Shown: in pieces, positions 30,308 through 39,679 of the stretch | Numbering within the stretch: the first letter of the stretch is position 1 | Layout of the letters: every line of letters starts with the position of its first letter | From: Pseudomonadota bacterium | GTDB taxonomy: Bacteria > Desulfobacterota > Desulfobacteria > Desulfobacterales > JBDRRP01 | DNA length: 64,000 nt | Direction of reading: 5' to 3' | Assembly: GCA_043825735.1 (NCBI GenBank) | Contig: JBDRRP010000093.1 | Coordinates: 1 to 64,000, forward strand | Program-made: the position numbers and the translations under genes | Notes under the pieces: model-generated | Told to the model about the DNA's origin: nothing | What the model saw: only the letters and a program-made list of their open reading frames with translations | Database searches by the model: none

Positions 30308-32884
30308 TCAGTCTTCGCCGCCGGAAGTTTCCGGCAGAAGGGCCGGCGCACCCCCTGAAGGCTGGGCCGGCGCACCCCCTGAAGGCTGAACCTGCGTACG
30401 AATGTGAATATCGCGCTGGGGAAAGGCGATCTCGATGCCGCGCTCCCTGAAAATGTGGTCGATGGCAAAGCGCACAGCGCTCTCCACCCGAAGCATGTTG
30501 TCCACATCGGTCCAGAAGCGCAGCCGAAATACAAGCGCACTGTCGCCGAAATCGACAAACAGAACGTCCGGGGCCGGGTTCTTAAGCACGTGTTCCACGC
30601 TGGCAGCGATCTCGAGCAGGGCGCCCTGAACCTGCTCAAGGTCCGATCCGTAGGCCACCCCCACATTGACCCGGCGCCGCACCCGGCGGTCCTGAAAGCT
30701 CCAGTTAGTAACCTGCTTGCTGATGAACTCGGCATTGGGAATGATCAGCGAGGCATTGTCATAGGTCTGCACCACAGTGGCGCGCACATTGATTTTCTTT
30801 ACGGTGGCCCACACGCCGTCGATCTCCACATCGTCACCCACCTGAATGGGCCGCTCAAAGAGCAGGATCAGACCGGAGACAAAATTGCTGAAAATATTCT
30901 GAAGGCCGAACCCGAGACCGATGCCGACGGCGCCGAACGCCACCGCCAGAGAGGCGCTGTCGAGCCCGAAAACGGTGAGCGCGACGAGTATGCCCAGCCC
31001 CCAGAGGATATAGGCGGTAACAGTCACGATGGATTCCTGCAGGCCGCTTTCCAAACCGCTTTGGCTGAAAAACCGTGTCCTGAGCATGTGCCGCCAAACC
31101 CCGGCAACGGCGTGAGTCAGCAACAGGGTGAGGACCGCCGCCAGTATACTGAACAGGCTGAACCGGAGACTGCCGGCCGACAGCGGCATCCGAAGCATAA
31201 CCATAAGGTTGTCGATAAATGCCCGTCCGCCGCCCCAGGAAAGGATCAAAAGCAGCACGGCGCACAGAAACCACCCCAGCTCGGCGGCCTGAATCGCCAG
31301 CCAGCGAAACGGCGCCTGCATCGATGCCGCCTCGGCGGTTCCCGCCGTCTGACGCTGGAGGTGCTCCCACTGCTGCAGTGCGTTGAACACCAACACGGCC
31401 CAGAGCGCGACCACCACCGTGCGGCCCCATGAAAGAAACCAGTGCTGCGCCAGTTGGCCGAAACCGGCCAACTCCACAATGAGGCCGATGAGGCCGATCC
31501 CGACAACCCATCCGGCGGCAAGGAACCGCAACTGCCCCCGCACGGCCTTTTCATCGGGCACCTGCTGCAGGCACCGCCCGGCAGACAGCGCCCACCACAA
31601 AAACCCCAACTCGAACCCCAACCGGACAAAAATGGTCAGCAAGGGCTCCTCCCCCGGCAGACTCCAGTGAAGGCCGATAACCAGAACGCCGGCCACACGC
31701 ACCAGGGTCATCAGACGAGCGAGATGCCGTGCCGACGCGTGCCACCGGATCGCATCCGGCAGCGCCACAGCGGCAGCCGCCAGGAACAGGAACCATCCGG
31801 TAAACACCCACAACATGATGAGTGCGGCCACATGCTGGAGGGCCGGCACGGAAAAGTACACCATATCGATCAGCAGGCACGCATAAAGACCGGCGCCGAT
31901 ACCGGCAGCAATCAGATGGCTGCGCAGCAGCTTGAGACAAAACACGCAGCTCGGCGTGGCGGCGGTGGCGATCTTGGCGATGATCGCCCCCAGCCACCCC
32001 CGAAACCGCACCAGCAGCCAGAGCCACACCAAGGCCGCCAGAGCGAAAGACGCCAGAGAAAAACCGGCCAGCCGCCATAGCCCTTGCAATTCGTCAATCC
32101 AGAAGGCTGAGGTCAGCAACACGCGCCACTGTTCGGCAAGCGTCGCCATTTCACCGACGAGCATGGAAAGCGCCGAAGACGGATCCATAGGCGTGCGTCT
32201 CAGAAAGATGTCCGCGCGCTTTGATTGACGGATGCGATTTTCGAACTGCTCAGCCAGTTGGTCGATATCCTGGCGGATGCCGGCCAGTGATGCGATCTGG
32301 GCTGCCACCAGTTGCTCGTAGGTGTCCATCAGTTCGGCCTTTGTCCCCAGCACGCTCAGCAGCCGGCCGGTTTCGGCCACGATATCCCGGTAGGCACCGC
32401 CCCCGGCCCCGCGCATGTCCGCCAGTTGCTTCTGATAGAGCGCCGTCTGCTCAACGGATTGGACGCGTCGCTGCGCCAGCAGTGCTGCCTGTTTTCGCAG
32501 CATCCCCAGTTGATCGTCCAGGGCGGCGGCCGCCGCCTGCACCTGTTGCCATGCATCGTCCAGGGACTTTGCAGTGGCGTCCGGGGAAACGAACAGGCTC
32601 TTGAGTGTGGCGTACTGAATACGCAACTCGCCCACCGTCCCAGTCACCGAGAATTGACGCTCACGCTCCTGAACGACATTTTCCCGTAACCGCGTCACCG
32701 CCGACTTTTCTTCATCCAGGACACGGGCCAGTTCCTGGCGGAACTGATCGGCGGCCATCTGAGCCGTATCGGCTGCAGCGGCTGTTCTGGAATCTGCTGC
32801 ATGGGGCGATGAGAAGGCGCTCAAGGCGAGCACGCAGACAAATACAGTCATCCGGAGGGTGCGTATTTGAGAACTGAAAGGCAT
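30308..32884 (-). CDS. Large MscS-family mechanosensitive channel (MscK-like)
   Basis: Signal peptide, coiled coil and multiple TMs; GLGFGLQNIFSNFVSGLILLFERPIQVGD, IPN and IAFPQRD motifs. Confidence 0.92.
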   Translation of the reverse strand: MPFSSQIRTLRMTVFVCVLALSAFSSPHAADSRTAAAADTAQMAADQFRQELARVLDEEKSAVTRLRENVVQERERQFSVTGTVGELRIQYATLKSLFVSPDATAKSLDDAWQQVQAAAAALDDQLGMLRKQAALLAQRRVQSVEQTALYQKQLADMRGAGGGAYRDIVAETGRLLSVLGTKAELMDTYEQLVAAQIASLAGIRQDIDQLAEQFENRIRQSKRADIFLRRTPMDPSSALSMLVGEMATLAEQWRVLLTSAFWIDELQGLWRLAGFSLASFALAALVWLWLLVRFRGWLGAIIAKIATAATPSCVFCLKLLRSHLIAAGIGAGLYACLLIDMVYFSVPALQHVAALIMLWVFTGWFLFLAAAAVALPDAIRWHASARHLARLMTLVRVAGVLVIGLHWSLPGEEPLLTIFVRLGFELGFLWWALSAGRCLQQVPDEKAVRGQLRFLAAGWVVGIGLIGLIVELAGFGQLAQHWFLSWGRTVVVALWAVLVFNALQQWEHLQRQTAGTAEAASMQAPFRWLAIQAAELGWFLCAVLLLILSWGGGRAFIDNLMVMLRMPLSAGSLRFSLFSILAAVLTLLLTHAVAGVWRHMLRTRFFSQSGLESGLQESIVTVTAYILWGLGILVALTVFGLDSASLAVAFGAVGIGLGFGLQNIFSNFVSGLILLFERPIQVGDDVEIDGVWATVKKINVRATVVQTYDNASLIIPNAEFISKQVTNWSFQDRRVRRRVNVGVAYGSDLEQVQGALLEIAASVEHVLKNPAPDVLFVDFGDSALVFRLRFWTDVDNMLRVESAVRFAIDHIFRERGIEIAFPQRDIHIRTQVQPSGGAPAQPSGGAPALLPETSGGED

Positions 32885-32953
32885 GGCAGTCAAATCATGA
32901 GTTGGTGTGAACGTCAGAAGACTACTGCACGGCGGCAATCAGATGCCTTAATT

Positions 32954-33088
32954 TTGATGAATCCGTAAAAAGGCAATTTTCTCGCAAAGACGCCAAGTGC
33001 GCCAAGAAAAACATTTTTAATATCAATCCGTTAGCTTTGCGATCGCTGCGGCTTTGCGAGAGATTCCGACTTTTTACGGGTTCATCAA
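32954..33088. repeat. MITE-like palindromic element (copy A)
   Basis: Terminal inverted repeats TTGATGAATCCGTAAAAAG ... CTTTTTACGGGTTCATCAA; central IHF consensus TATCAATCCGTTA. Confidence 0.85.
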
Positions 33089-33101
33089 TCTTGGAAAGAC
33101 G

Positions 33102-35135
33102 TTAGGCCATGATCGCCACCATGGCCGTCAGAGCGGGCAGATACACCCGGATCTGAGGGGGCCTCGCATCGCCTGTGGGAAAAAACACCTGCTCCGGTGT
33201 CAGACGCCCTTGGCCGCCAAAACGCGCTTCATCCGAGTCCAGGACGAGTCGGTGGCCCACCGGGGCGCCCACCGTTATGTGGTAATCGGTATGGGAGCGC
33301 GCCGCGTGGAAATTAAACGCCAGCACAAATGGCCCCCGGCGAAAAGCGATCACCTTGTCTTCCTCATGGATGAGCAGGCATTCAAGCTGCGCCTCGGCCA
33401 TGATCCGCTGGTCCCGGGCCCATCGGATCATGCACTCATCAAAGCATTTCAGAGCCTGGTATCGCAGCCCCGGATCTTCGGCCAGCGCCCACTGGCGGCG
33501 GGCATGGCGGTAGGACCATTCGTTGCCGGAGCGTGGAAAATCGACCCATTCGGGATGGCCGAACTCGTTTCCCATGAAATTGAGATATCCGCCGCCGGCG
33601 GTGGCCAGGGTGATGAGCCGGATCATCTTGTGAAGCGCCATGCCGTTATCCACTACAAGACTGCGGCTGCCGACGTGCATGGCATCGTACATGGCAGCGC
33701 CCAGGAGCCTATATATGAGCGTCTGATCGCCCACCAAGGCCTGATCGTGACTCTCGGCGTAGCTGATGGTCTTCTCACCGTTGCGCCGGTTGGTGAGCTC
33801 GTGCCAGAGCGTGCCCATGGCCCACGCCTCCAGCGGCGTATCCTTGGTCATGCGGATCCAGTAATCTGGAATTCCCATGGCGAACCGGTAGTCGAACCCG
33901 ACGCCGCCGTCCTTTTCGGCTGCAGCGAGTCCGGGCATGCCGCTGACGTCCTCGGCGATGGTGATGGCACCGGGCCGGAGGGTGTGAATGAGCCGATTGG
34001 CCAGCAGCAGATAGGCCAGTGCATCCTCGTCCACCCCACCGGAAAAATAGTCGGCATAACCGGTAAACGCCTTTCCCAGACCATGATTCCGGTAAAGCAT
34101 GCTGGTGATCCCGTCGAAGCGGAACCCGTCGACCCGATATTCTTCGAGCCAGTAGCGGCAGTTGGAAAGCAGAAACCGCACTACCGCCGGCTTGCCGTAA
34201 TCAAAGCATCGGGAGCCCCAGGCGCTGTGCCAGCCGCGTTCTCCTTCATGGAAATAAAGATCGGCAGTACCGTCAAAGCGGCCCAGGCCTTCGATCTCGT
34301 TGGCGACGGCGTGACTGTGGATAAGATCCATCACCACGCGAAGCCCCATACCATGGGCTTCGTCCACAAGGGCCTTGAATTCTTCAGGGGTACCGAATCG
34401 GCTCGATACGGCAAAGAAGTTGGACACCTGGTAGCCGAAGGACCCATAGTACGGATGCTCCTGGACGGCCATGAGCTGAATGGTGTTGTAGCCGGCTTCC
34501 GCGATCCGGGGCAGCCGGTTTTCGGTGAACTCGCGAAACGTGCCGATCCGCTCGTCTTCCAGCGCCATTCCCACGTGAGCCTCGTAAATGAGCGGCGACG
34601 GATCGTCGCTGGGCGGCAAATGGCGCCATAAATAGGCGTCTTCCGGAGACCATATCTGGGCGTTGAAAATACCGCTCTGCCAGTCCTGAACCACGCGGCG
34701 GGCATAGGCAGGAATGCGTTCTCCGTGGCCGCCATCCCAATGGACCCGCAATTTGTAGATGTCCCCGTGGCGCAGGGCCTGGGGCGGCAGGCGAAGCTCC
34801 CAGACGCCTTCCCGGGAGACCCGCATGATTTCGAAATCGGGGTTGTCTTCCCACCCGGAAAAGTCGCCGATGAAAAACAGCCGGGTGGCGTGGGGGGCCC
34901 ATTCCCGGAAAAGCCACCCGTTCGCATCGCGGTGAAGGCCGAAAAACTGGTGGCCGCCGGCCGCATCCGTGAGGGTGGCGCCGCCGGCGCTCAGTCGTTC
35001 GGCCGCGCGCTCGGCACGCAGCAGGCGTCCGACGATAAGGCCCCGGTAGGGTTCAAGAAAAGCATCTGCTGAAACGAGCCGGCGGGCACGCTGGCGAACC
35101 CGGTCGATGGCACTTGTGTCCGGCAAGGCGATCAC
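33102..35135 (-). CDS. glgB: 1,4-alpha-glucan branching enzyme (GH13_8, eukaryote/Bacteroidota type)
   Basis: FREWAP, IYEAHVG, HPYYGSFGYQV, DGFRFDGITSM, AEDVSG, YAESHDQALVGD and FMGNEFGHPEW motifs; probable GTG start. Confidence 0.93.
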   Translation of the reverse strand: MIALPDTSAIDRVRQRARRLVSADAFLEPYRGLIVGRLLRAERAAERLSAGGATLTDAAGGHQFFGLHRDANGWLFREWAPHATRLFFIGDFSGWEDNPDFEIMRVSREGVWELRLPPQALRHGDIYKLRVHWDGGHGERIPAYARRVVQDWQSGIFNAQIWSPEDAYLWRHLPPSDDPSPLIYEAHVGMALEDERIGTFREFTENRLPRIAEAGYNTIQLMAVQEHPYYGSFGYQVSNFFAVSSRFGTPEEFKALVDEAHGMGLRVVMDLIHSHAVANEIEGLGRFDGTADLYFHEGERGWHSAWGSRCFDYGKPAVVRFLLSNCRYWLEEYRVDGFRFDGITSMLYRNHGLGKAFTGYADYFSGGVDEDALAYLLLANRLIHTLRPGAITIAEDVSGMPGLAAAEKDGGVGFDYRFAMGIPDYWIRMTKDTPLEAWAMGTLWHELTNRRNGEKTISYAESHDQALVGDQTLIYRLLGAAMYDAMHVGSRSLVVDNGMALHKMIRLITLATAGGGYLNFMGNEFGHPEWVDFPRSGNEWSYRHARRQWALAEDPGLRYQALKCFDECMIRWARDQRIMAEAQLECLLIHEEDKVIAFRRGPFVLAFNFHAARSHTDYHITVGAPVGHRLVLDSDEARFGGQGRLTPEQVFFPTGDARPPQIRVYLPALTAMVAIMA

Positions 35136-35149
35136 GGCGGCGGCCCCTT

Positions 35150-36667
35150 TCAATGCTGCTCTACGATCAGGGGACGCTGAAGCATCCGCTCGTAGAGATC
35201 GATGTAGTGCTGGGCGGTGACGGAGTGATTGAAGGCTTGCCTGGATTCGGTCATGATGCGCGCGTTTTCGGCCTCCCGCATATCGGGCGGCAGCCGATGA
35301 AACGCCATTGCCTGAGAAACGCCCCACATGAGGCCCTCGGCATCGAACACATCGAAGAGAAAACCGTTGCCGGTGTGGTTGTCCAAATCCAGAGGCCGAA
35401 CGGTGTCGTGAATACCGCCGGTGTTGTGGGCCACCGGCAGCGCCCCATACAGCGGTCCAATCATCTGGGGCAACCCGCAGGGCTCGAACTTGCTGGGCAT
35501 GAGGATGAAGTCGGCCGCAGCATAGGCTCTTCGCGCCAGATCTTCATCGAAGTTACAGATGACCACGCGCCCGGAAAAGCCGTGGAAATCAACGATGTCG
35601 CGAAAGTGACGCTTGTACTCCCCATTGGCCACGAAGATGATTTGGAGGGCATCCTCCCAGTAGGTGCTAACCATCCGGTAAAGGATCTGCGCCAGCAGCT
35701 GGCAGCCCTTTTGAACGGTGTCGAGGCGATGGGGCCAGAAGAAAAGCGGCGCACCGGCCACCTCCATGAGTCCGACCTCAGCCTGCAGCACGGTTTTGTT
35801 GGCACGTTTGCCGGCGCTCACCGTCTCGGCTGAGAATTTACGGGTGATGGCCGCATCGGTGGTCGGGTCAAAGGAGGGGTCGGGTGCATTGAGGATTCCC
35901 ACGGCGCAATCGGCGTAGAATTTGTTGCTAAGCTCGTTGCGGATGGGGGCGTCCACGAAATCATGGCGGCCCTCCACAATCTCGTGGAGAAACGTCGGGC
36001 TGACCGTGTTCACGAAATGGGAAGCAAAGATGCCGCTGGCCAGCAGATCGACCGGGTTGGTCTCCCGCGTGCGCTCATAGGTGTAGGCCATTCGCGTATA
36101 GTAAAGATGCTGCCAGAAGAACGCCGCATCGATGCCCCGGTCCTCGATCTCCGCCATGACCAGTTTGATGGTGTGGATGTTGTGAACGGTAAAAAGACAG
36201 GGGATCCCCAGTGTCCGGGCAAAGGCCGGCACCAGGCCGGTCATCCAGTCGTTGCAGTGCACCAGATCGGGCTTGACCCGGGGGATGATATTGTTGATGA
36301 CTTCCCGCTGAAAGGCCAGGGCGATTTTGGCGTTGTCTCCCGCATAGTTGGAGTAGACATGCGCCAGATAGAAAAAGGCCCGGTCTTCGGCCAGATGAAT
36401 GCGGTCATCAGGCATGATGGAACGGATGGAGTTGAGGGTACGCCCAAGGACCGGCACGGCCTGGGCATCAAACATGCGCCGATAATCGGGCAGGGCCACG
36501 TGCACGTCGGCGCCCAATTGGAACAGGGCGTTGATCAGGGCCGCTGACACATCGGCCAAGCCACCCGCCTTGGCCGACAGACTGTTGGCGATATTGCCCA
36601 TCCCGTCGGGCAGATAGGTCACTTCGGGTGTGACCACCAGAATTCTGGGGTTGGCTTTCTTGATCAT
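35150..36667 (-). CDS. glgA: Glycogen/starch synthase (GT5)
   Basis: KAGGLADV, HCNDW, TVHN, QKG, PSKFEPCGL and TGGIHDTV motifs. Confidence 0.92.
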   Translation of the reverse strand: MIKKANPRILVVTPEVTYLPDGMGNIANSLSAKAGGLADVSAALINALFQLGADVHVALPDYRRMFDAQAVPVLGRTLNSIRSIMPDDRIHLAEDRAFFYLAHVYSNYAGDNAKIALAFQREVINNIIPRVKPDLVHCNDWMTGLVPAFARTLGIPCLFTVHNIHTIKLVMAEIEDRGIDAAFFWQHLYYTRMAYTYERTRETNPVDLLASGIFASHFVNTVSPTFLHEIVEGRHDFVDAPIRNELSNKFYADCAVGILNAPDPSFDPTTDAAITRKFSAETVSAGKRANKTVLQAEVGLMEVAGAPLFFWPHRLDTVQKGCQLLAQILYRMVSTYWEDALQIIFVANGEYKRHFRDIVDFHGFSGRVVICNFDEDLARRAYAAADFILMPSKFEPCGLPQMIGPLYGALPVAHNTGGIHDTVRPLDLDNHTGNGFLFDVFDAEGLMWGVSQAMAFHRLPPDMREAENARIMTESRQAFNHSVTAQHYIDLYERMLQRPLIVEQH

Positions 36668-36741
36668 GGATACCCTCCGCGTCCGCATTGGGGTCGGATA
36701 ATGTCAACTAATGCTTTCTGGACAAGCGTCAGTTCCGATAC

Positions 36742-39291
36742 TCACGCCCAGGTGATCATCCCCGGTTGATTTTTGATCCAGTCGTCGCCGCTGGGCATGA
36801 CGCGGGCCGTGAAAGCGTAGCGTCCGGAATCATGGCAATCGAGCAGGCACCCGTATAAATAGGCCCCCCCATCTCGCGCCTCCAGCTCATCCATATGGAC
36901 TTTTTTGCTGCACGTCACGGTATCGACGGTATTGGCAAGGCCGTAATACAGGTGCACCTCCACCTCATCTGGTTTGAGCGCCCCCAAATGGACGAGAACG
37001 GTGACCTTGAACGACTCGCCGACGCGAAACGGCCCGGCTGTCGCCCTTTCGGGGCTTTCGATGCGCACCTGCGGCCACTGCTCCCGAAGCCGTTCATTTT
37101 TTGCCGACAGCATTCGAGCCTCTTCGGCGTTGTTGGCCAACAACCGGTCCTTCCAAATGGCGGCCGGGATGTAAAAGCGTTCGTCATAATCGTTGACCAT
37201 ACGCAGGCTGCAATAGTCCTGCATGGCCATTTTCATGGAGCTCTTCATCATCCGGATCCAGTCGGTGGGAGCCTCCCCGGGCCGGCGGTGGTAGAATTTC
37301 GGGATGACGCCGTTTTCCAGCAGATTATACAGCGCCTGGGATTCCACGGCATCGATATACCCCGGATCGCCCTGTTCTTCGCCCCGGCCGATGGCCCACC
37401 CGCGCTCATCGGTGTAGCCCTCTGCCCACCAGCCGTCCAGAATGCTCAGGTTGAGCACACCATTGAGGGCGGCTTTCATTCCCGATGTGCCACAGGCTTC
37501 GTAAGGCCGGCGAGGGTTGTTGAGCCACACGTCGCAGCCCTGAACGAGGTAGCGGCCCAGTTGCACGTCGTAGTCCTCCAGAAAGAAGATTTTTCGCCGG
37601 ACGCCGGTGCGCCGGGTAAATTCGATGATCTGTTTGATAAGCCCCTTGCCCTCGTTGTCCTGGGGATGGGCCTTTCCGGCAAAGATGAACTGCACCGGCT
37701 GAGCGGTGTTCTGGAGAATGGCCTCCAGCCGCTCGGGGTCCCTGAACAGCAAGGTGGCCCGCTTGTAGGTGGCAAAGCGCCGGGCAAAGCAGATGGTCAA
37801 CGCGTCGGGATCGAGGACGGCCTCCACGTCATCACGGACCGACTTAGGGGCGTTTCGGCGGTCCAGTTGGAAGAGAATTTTTTCGCGGCAGGCGCGTAGC
37901 AGCCGCGCCCGGCTCATCTCGTGAGCGCGCCAGAGTTCTTCGTCGTAGATTTCATCGATACGCGCCATGTTCTCTGGTTTGCGCGAGCCCATGTACCACT
38001 CAGGGCCCAGATAGCGCTCGTAAAGCAGCGCCAGTTCCGGAGCGATCCAAGTGGGAATGTGCACACCGTTGGTGATGTGGCTGATGGGCACTTCGTCAAC
38101 GGGTCGGTCGGGCCACACGTGCGACCACATCCGCCGGGCCACCTCGCCGTGAAGCTTGCTCACGCCGTTGCAGTAATTGGCCAACCGAAGGCCGAGGATG
38201 AACATGGAAAAGGGGCTGTCTTCCGGCGCGCCGGCGGGCTGCCCCCAGGAAAGAATGGTCTTTTCATCGACGCCAAGGCGATCGGTGTAGCGCTTTAGCA
38301 CCGGCAGCACCATGGCCGGTGGAAATTCGTCGTGACCGGCCGCCACCGGGGTGTGGGTGGTGAACACCGTGCTGCGGGCGACGATTTCGCGCGCGGTCTT
38401 AAGATCGACGCTGTGTTTCTCCATCACCAGGGCCAGACGCTCCAGACCTGAAAACGCCGCGTGCCCTTCGTTCATGTGACAGACCTTGCTGGTGATACCC
38501 AAGGCATTGAGGGCCCGGATGCCCCCGATCCCCAAAAGCGCCTCCTGGGCGAGACGGACGCGCGGGCCGCCGGCATACAGTCGCGCCGTGATATCGCGGA
38601 TGGCGGGCGGGTTGCTCTGCATGAAGGTGTCGAGCAGGTAGAGCGAAATGCATCCGATGTCGAGTTTCCAGACCATGGCATCGATATCGCCGTCAGGTCC
38701 GGGAACCGACACCTGGATCTCTTTGCCGTCATCGCCGACCGCGCGGGCCATGGGAATGGAGAACACTTCGGTCTCCGGATACTCCTCCTGCTGAAAACCG
38801 CTGGGATCCAGAAACTGGTGGAAATAACCCTGCCGATAGAACAGCCCTATCCCGGTCAGTGGCAGGTTCATGTTTGAGGAGGCCTTCAGGTGATCTCCGG
38901 CCAGAATGCCGAGGCCGCCCGAGTAGATGGGCAGGGTTTCGTGGATCCCGAACTCCATAGACAAGTAGGCAATCGTATCTTTGGGGCCGAAGGACGGATC
39001 GCTGGCGGTGTTGCGTTCGCGTACCCGTTCGTTGAAGTGGGCGCGGACACGCTCGAGATGGGCCAGAAAGCTTTCATCTTCGGCGAGTCGCTTCAGGCGC
39101 TGCTGTGGCACCATGGTCAAAAAAACGATGGGGTTGCCGCCGGCCTTTTTCCAGAGCGTGCGGTCGATACGCCGAAAAAGATCCACGGCAGGATGTTTCC
39201 AGGACCACCAGTAATTGTGGGAAAGGGTTTCCAGAAACTTGAGCGCTTCGGGAAGCCGGGGATAGACTTGAAAGGTTTGAAACTTACGCAT
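36742..39291 (-). CDS. glgP: Alpha-glucan phosphorylase
   Basis: YSGGLGILAGD, NEGH, ARRFATYKR, GKAHP and PLP-lysine motif EACGTSGMKAALNG. Confidence 0.96.
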   Translation of the reverse strand: MRKFQTFQVYPRLPEALKFLETLSHNYWWSWKHPAVDLFRRIDRTLWKKAGGNPIVFLTMVPQQRLKRLAEDESFLAHLERVRAHFNERVRERNTASDPSFGPKDTIAYLSMEFGIHETLPIYSGGLGILAGDHLKASSNMNLPLTGIGLFYRQGYFHQFLDPSGFQQEEYPETEVFSIPMARAVGDDGKEIQVSVPGPDGDIDAMVWKLDIGCISLYLLDTFMQSNPPAIRDITARLYAGGPRVRLAQEALLGIGGIRALNALGITSKVCHMNEGHAAFSGLERLALVMEKHSVDLKTAREIVARSTVFTTHTPVAAGHDEFPPAMVLPVLKRYTDRLGVDEKTILSWGQPAGAPEDSPFSMFILGLRLANYCNGVSKLHGEVARRMWSHVWPDRPVDEVPISHITNGVHIPTWIAPELALLYERYLGPEWYMGSRKPENMARIDEIYDEELWRAHEMSRARLLRACREKILFQLDRRNAPKSVRDDVEAVLDPDALTICFARRFATYKRATLLFRDPERLEAILQNTAQPVQFIFAGKAHPQDNEGKGLIKQIIEFTRRTGVRRKIFFLEDYDVQLGRYLVQGCDVWLNNPRRPYEACGTSGMKAALNGVLNLSILDGWWAEGYTDERGWAIGRGEEQGDPGYIDAVESQALYNLLENGVIPKFYHRRPGEAPTDWIRMMKSSMKMAMQDYCSLRMVNDYDERFYIPAAIWKDRLLANNAEEARMLSAKNERLREQWPQVRIESPERATAGPFRVGESFKVTVLVHLGALKPDEVEVHLYYGLANTVDTVTCSKKVHMDELEARDGGAYLYGCLLDCHDSGRYAFTARVMPSGDDWIKNQPGMITWA

Positions 39292-39530
39292 ATCTGTATC
39301 CTGGATGGCAGATTGATGGGTTGATGGGCGCCCGCCTATCGGTGCGGGCGCGCCATGACATCATAGCAGGCAGACCCATGCCGCCGTCAAGTGGCGCACG
39401 GCGGAAGGCCGTTCAATAGATAAGGATCAATGGCCGAATTTCAACGCATCGCGTGCCGATCGACCGATATGATGATGACCCGGCGGCCAATGCCCTTTTA
39501 AGCTTTCTGATACCGGCGTTGCAGTGGGCA

Positions 39531-39667
39531 TTGACAGTCCCGTAAAAAGTCTGAAATCACCTCAGAGGACGCAGAGAACACAGAGATAACCCATTAGTAG
39601 TTAAACACATTCTCTACGTCCCTGTGCGTTCTCTGCGGTTCAAAACCACTTTTTACGGCTTCATCAA
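39531..39667. repeat. MITE-like palindromic element (copy B)
   Basis: TTGACAGTCCCGTAAAAAGTC ... CTTTTTACGGCTTCATCAA; reverse-complement homolog at 48002-48138. Confidence 0.85.
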
Positions 39668-39679
39668 CATTGAGCCCTC

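Noticed and set aside
30340..30387. 24-bp tandem duplication
   Set aside because: It is an in-frame duplication (QPSGGAPA x2) in the low-complexity MscS tail, with no sign of wider significance.
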